A stretch of DNA of 64,000 bases from the human T2T-CHM13v2.0 reference genome, Homo sapiens: NCBI RefSeq assembly GCF_009914755.1, contig NC_060928.1; one strand, 5' to 3'. Every line of letters begins with the position of its first letter. Positions within the stretch are counted from its first letter, which is position 1. Shown piece after piece: positions 60,313-64,000 of the stretch. The notes under the pieces are model-generated. The model was not told where the DNA came from, made no database searches, and saw only the letters and a program-made list of their open reading frames with translations. The position numbers were made by a program, and so were the translations under genes.

Positions 60313-63300
60313 TGAGACTTCTACTTTTGCTTAGAATGTAAAAAGTTGCCAAAAATGTTGCTCCCACAACAGCAATGAGAATAATATGGATAATCCACAC
60401 ACAAAAATCAACTTTTTAAAGCCCATCAGAGAGGTGAAGTTGTAAGGAAATGAAAGAACAAAAAAAGGCTCCAAGGAAAGATGGGGACACAAAGGATCCC
60501 AGCTTTTGCACGGAACAGAAGAAGGATATGGCCACTGTACAAGGGGTTAACAAAACATCAGCTAAAATGTTAACAAGTTCTTAAAGGCAAAGCGTGGGCT
60601 AGTATTGGTTGGGAATGGCCAAAAAGAAGGTCATTATCACTTTCAAGCTCTTCCCCAGAGACCTCCAAGGGGAGTCCACATTAAAGACTGAGGACAGAGC
60701 ACAGAGAGCCCTCCATGAAGCAGAAGCGAAAGAAGTGATGGTGTCTGTGGGAGAGGAGCAGACCAAGAGCCCCACCTACTTCCCAATCGCTTCTATCATG
60801 TAAGTAAAATCTATAAGCCTCTCGGGAAGGAGTGGCACATGCTCGAATCCATACAGCTTGGACAAAGATCCATTGCTTTTTGGGGAGGAACAAAAAGAAA
60901 GTCCCTCTGCTTCTGGTGATCTGCCTCTCTAGGAGTAATAAAAATCCCACTTCTGAGACAAAAAAAATTATTACCATTGGGGGTAGGGTAGAAGCCAAAA
61001 ACCCCTATTCCCGAGGGAATGGGGAGAACTCTCTTCATCCAGTTTCTACACTGATACCATGTAGAAGTCTATGCAGCTGAGGAAGAGGCCGGAAATTGCA
61101 ACCAAAGACCAACCACAGATGGGCAGGCGGAGTTTGGATGCCAGGCGGAGAAAAAACAAAAAACAAACAAAAAAAACCCAGACACTGAAAATGCTCTGCC
61201 CCTGAGACCTAGGACCCAGGTGCACAGGGTTTGCCTAATACTGAACTTTCAGCAGGACAACAGAGTCCTCTGTCTCTGCCAAGAGACTCTGGACAAGGGG
61301 CAAGAGCATGGGGAGAACTCTTCATGGTATACGTGTGAAGAGATAGCTCAAAACTGAGAGGGAGAGGTGGGACTGTGAATAAAGCCCTCTGGTACAGTAG
61401 CACTCAGTCTCACCATCAGGTGACAGTTTTCCATCACTAAAGAAATTTGAGGCCTGTTGCACACTGAAGGCAATAGTAGCAATAACAAAATTCAAGCCCA
61501 GCCCAACTCTTAACTAGATTAGTTTAACCCCCTAAATTAATGACCTGACAGAAGAGTGATTATTTCCTAAGATAAGATGATGTGCCTGTCTTTGCTGTTC
61601 CTTTATTTGGTATATGACATTTGATAAAAAATTGTGAGGCACAAAGAGTGCAAGATAAAAGCAACCCATTGTCACAAGAAAAAGCAATAATGAAAGAAAG
61701 TCAGAGATGTGGTTGGAAAAGTTGGACAATGCACATAAACATATGATGGGTTTTATCAAAGAACAGGAAACTATTAAAAAACACAAAGGAAAATATTATA
61801 TATAACAATATTTGACATAACAGATGAATAATTCTTTTCATGGGCTTATCAGCAGAATAGAGACCACTAAGCAAAGACTTAGTAAAACTGCGGATATGTC
61901 AGTAGAAATTTTGGAAACTGAAATGGAAAAAGGAAGAAAGAAAGAGTTAAAAAAGAGAGCAGGAGCATGTAAGGGTGTAATTATAATATCTAACATATAT
62001 TGACTGAAGTCCCAGGAGGAGAAAAGAGAGAGGGGGAAATAATAAATTAAATATAAAATGGACAAGACATTCTTAAAATAAGAAAAGATATTAAAATACA
62101 AATTCAAAAAGCTTACAGAAATAGAGAAATGGATGTAGGACTAAAAAATTACTGCACATATTGCACAATGAAATACATAAATAAATCCTCAAAGAAAGGC
62201 AGGAAAAATGTTATTACATACAGCAAAATAAAGGTAAGAATTACCTCAAAACTATGAAAGTTTTAAGACAAGGGAGTGACATGTTTAAAGTTCTGAAAGC
62301 AAAAGCAAAAACAAAATCCAAAATAACATATTCAATTGAAGTATATTTCAAAAATAAAGTATAAGTAAAAACTTTTCTTTTTAAGTCAAATAAAACAGAA
62401 AAAAATAAAGATACTCAGAGAAATTATTGCCAGAGGACCTGTAAAAAAGAAATGTTAAAGAAAGTTTTTCAGGAAGATGAAAAGTGATGCCAGATAGAAG
62501 CTTGCTATGGAAAGAAACAAAGATTACAGAAAATGGTCAAATAAAGGTAAATATAAAAGTAATTATTTGATTTTAAATTTTTAATCACTAAAACATAAAG
62601 GATTGTAAAGAAAAAAATGGAATGAGTATAATGTTAATAGTACATGTAAAGGTCAAATGCATAATTGTACTAACACACAGAATGAGAGAAGCTGGAAATA
62701 TAATACTGCAATGTTATTATAGTGTATGCAATGTTCTATAATATTATTTTAAGGTCTAGCTGTCTATCTATCTATCTATCTATTGATCTATCTATCTACC
62801 TACCTACCTATTTAATTTGACCCAAAGGGAAATGCTAAAAGTAGTAAAAGATATATAACCAAAAAACCAATCACAGAAATAAGATGTAACATGAATAATA
62901 CAAAAATAATACAGGAAGAAAGAGAGAGAGAAAAAAGCAAAATCAACAGTCAAAGATAAAAAAAAAAAACCCTGAAAATATGGTAGTTTTAGAACCAACA
63001 AGATAAAAAATTGTATTAAATGCAAATAGGCTAAGTACCCAATAAAAGGCAGGACTCCTCTCCAAAGAAAGACTCAACTATGTACCATCTAAAGCAAGTC
63101 TACTTTAAATATCAAGAAATAGATTTAAAACGTTAAAAAATGAAAAAAAGAGTTTTCATACAAATACTAATTTTAAAACATTCAAATGGTAATATGAATA
63201 TCAAAATAGAATTCATCACAAGAAGTATTACCAATGATTAAGTGAGACATTAGATAACAATATAGTGGTCAATTGCACGAAAGACCTAACAATCCAAAAA

Positions 63301-64000
63301 ATGTGTGTAATTAAAAAAGATTCAAAATACGTGAAGCAAAAATGAAAAAAAAACTAGATAAATCTACAATTATATTTAGCTATTTTGATATTCCTTTCTG
63401 AATAATTGATAGACCAAATACATAAAAATGAATAAGTATATTGAGGACTTGAACAGCACTATCAACCAACTTGAACAATTTGAAATTTCATAGAACACTT
63501 CACTCAAAAAAGCAGAATACAATCTTTGCAAGTGCACGTGTAACATTCTCTGTATAGACTATAGGGTATAAAACAAATTTCCACAAGTGTAGAATAATTG
63601 ACATTGTATAAAGTATGTTCTCTAACTACAAAAATAATAAAACCACAAATCAAAAAAGTATTTGGAAACTCAACTATTAAGAAAAATATTATGCTTTTTA
63701 TTAACACAAGAGACAAATGAAAGGTCATGGGTTACTAGACAATACACTGAATTCAATGAAAATGAAAACACAACATATAAAATTTATAGGGTACAGATAA
63801 AAGAGTGCTGAGAGGAACATTTATAGTATTAAATGTTTATATCAAAAAAGGGCTCAATTAAGTAATAACATCTTCCATGGTAACAAAAAACACTAATTTT
63901 ATGTAAACTTTTCCAACATATAAAAGAGAACAATATTTTCAATTTATTTTATGAGGCCACAATTACATACCCCAAACAGGAAACTATAAAAAAAACTACT
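60313..64000 (+). mobile_element. Ancient L1M (L1M4/L1MC-like) 5'UTR-ORF1-ORF2 N-terminus, running off the window
   Basis: gacttctactt start; tgggcttatcagcagaatagagac and gactgaagtcccaggaggagaaaagagag (ORF1); attaaatgcaaataggctaagtaccc and gacttgaacagcactatcaaccaactt (ORF2 endonuclease). Confidence 0.8.
62762..62810. repeat. (TCTA)n/(CCTA)n tetranucleotide microsatellite
   Basis: Directly visible. Confidence 0.92.

Overview
This is AT-rich primate genomic DNA (catarrhine, compatible with human: it carries AluJ/S/Y and L1PA elements), apparently intronic or intergenic. I found no recognisable host protein-coding exon, tRNA, rRNA or CRISPR array. More than half of the window is interspersed repeat: about 20 Alu pieces; a ~5 kb decayed L1PA10-12-like element; a 5'-truncated L1PA3/4-like element with clean TSDs; several ancient L1M copies; L2 and MIR remnants; ERV1, ERVL and MaLR LTRs; a partial ERVL provirus; and DNA-transposon fossils (a split HSMAR2, half a MADE1, MER81, MER3/MER33). 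Most entries in the ORF track are fragments of these repeats. Subfamily names were recalled from consensus sequences by eye and need RepeatMasker/Dfam confirmation; boundaries of old repeats are approximate. The best unexplained signals are: (1) four fold-back structures outside recognisable repeats, namely a 63-bp-arm inverted repeat at 26081-26275, a pre-miRNA-sized hairpin at 35434-35505, a 16-bp-arm hairpin at 10796-10830 and a tandemly duplicated hairpin at 58848-58942; (2) an HSMAR2 mariner whose centre is replaced by an L1 plus a probable 3'-transduced segment; (3) two head-to-head Alus that appear to have used the same TT|AA nick position on opposite strands; (4) a 208-codon stop-free frame in unique sequence at 52196-52822. 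I cannot support a claim of a new multi-gene biological system.
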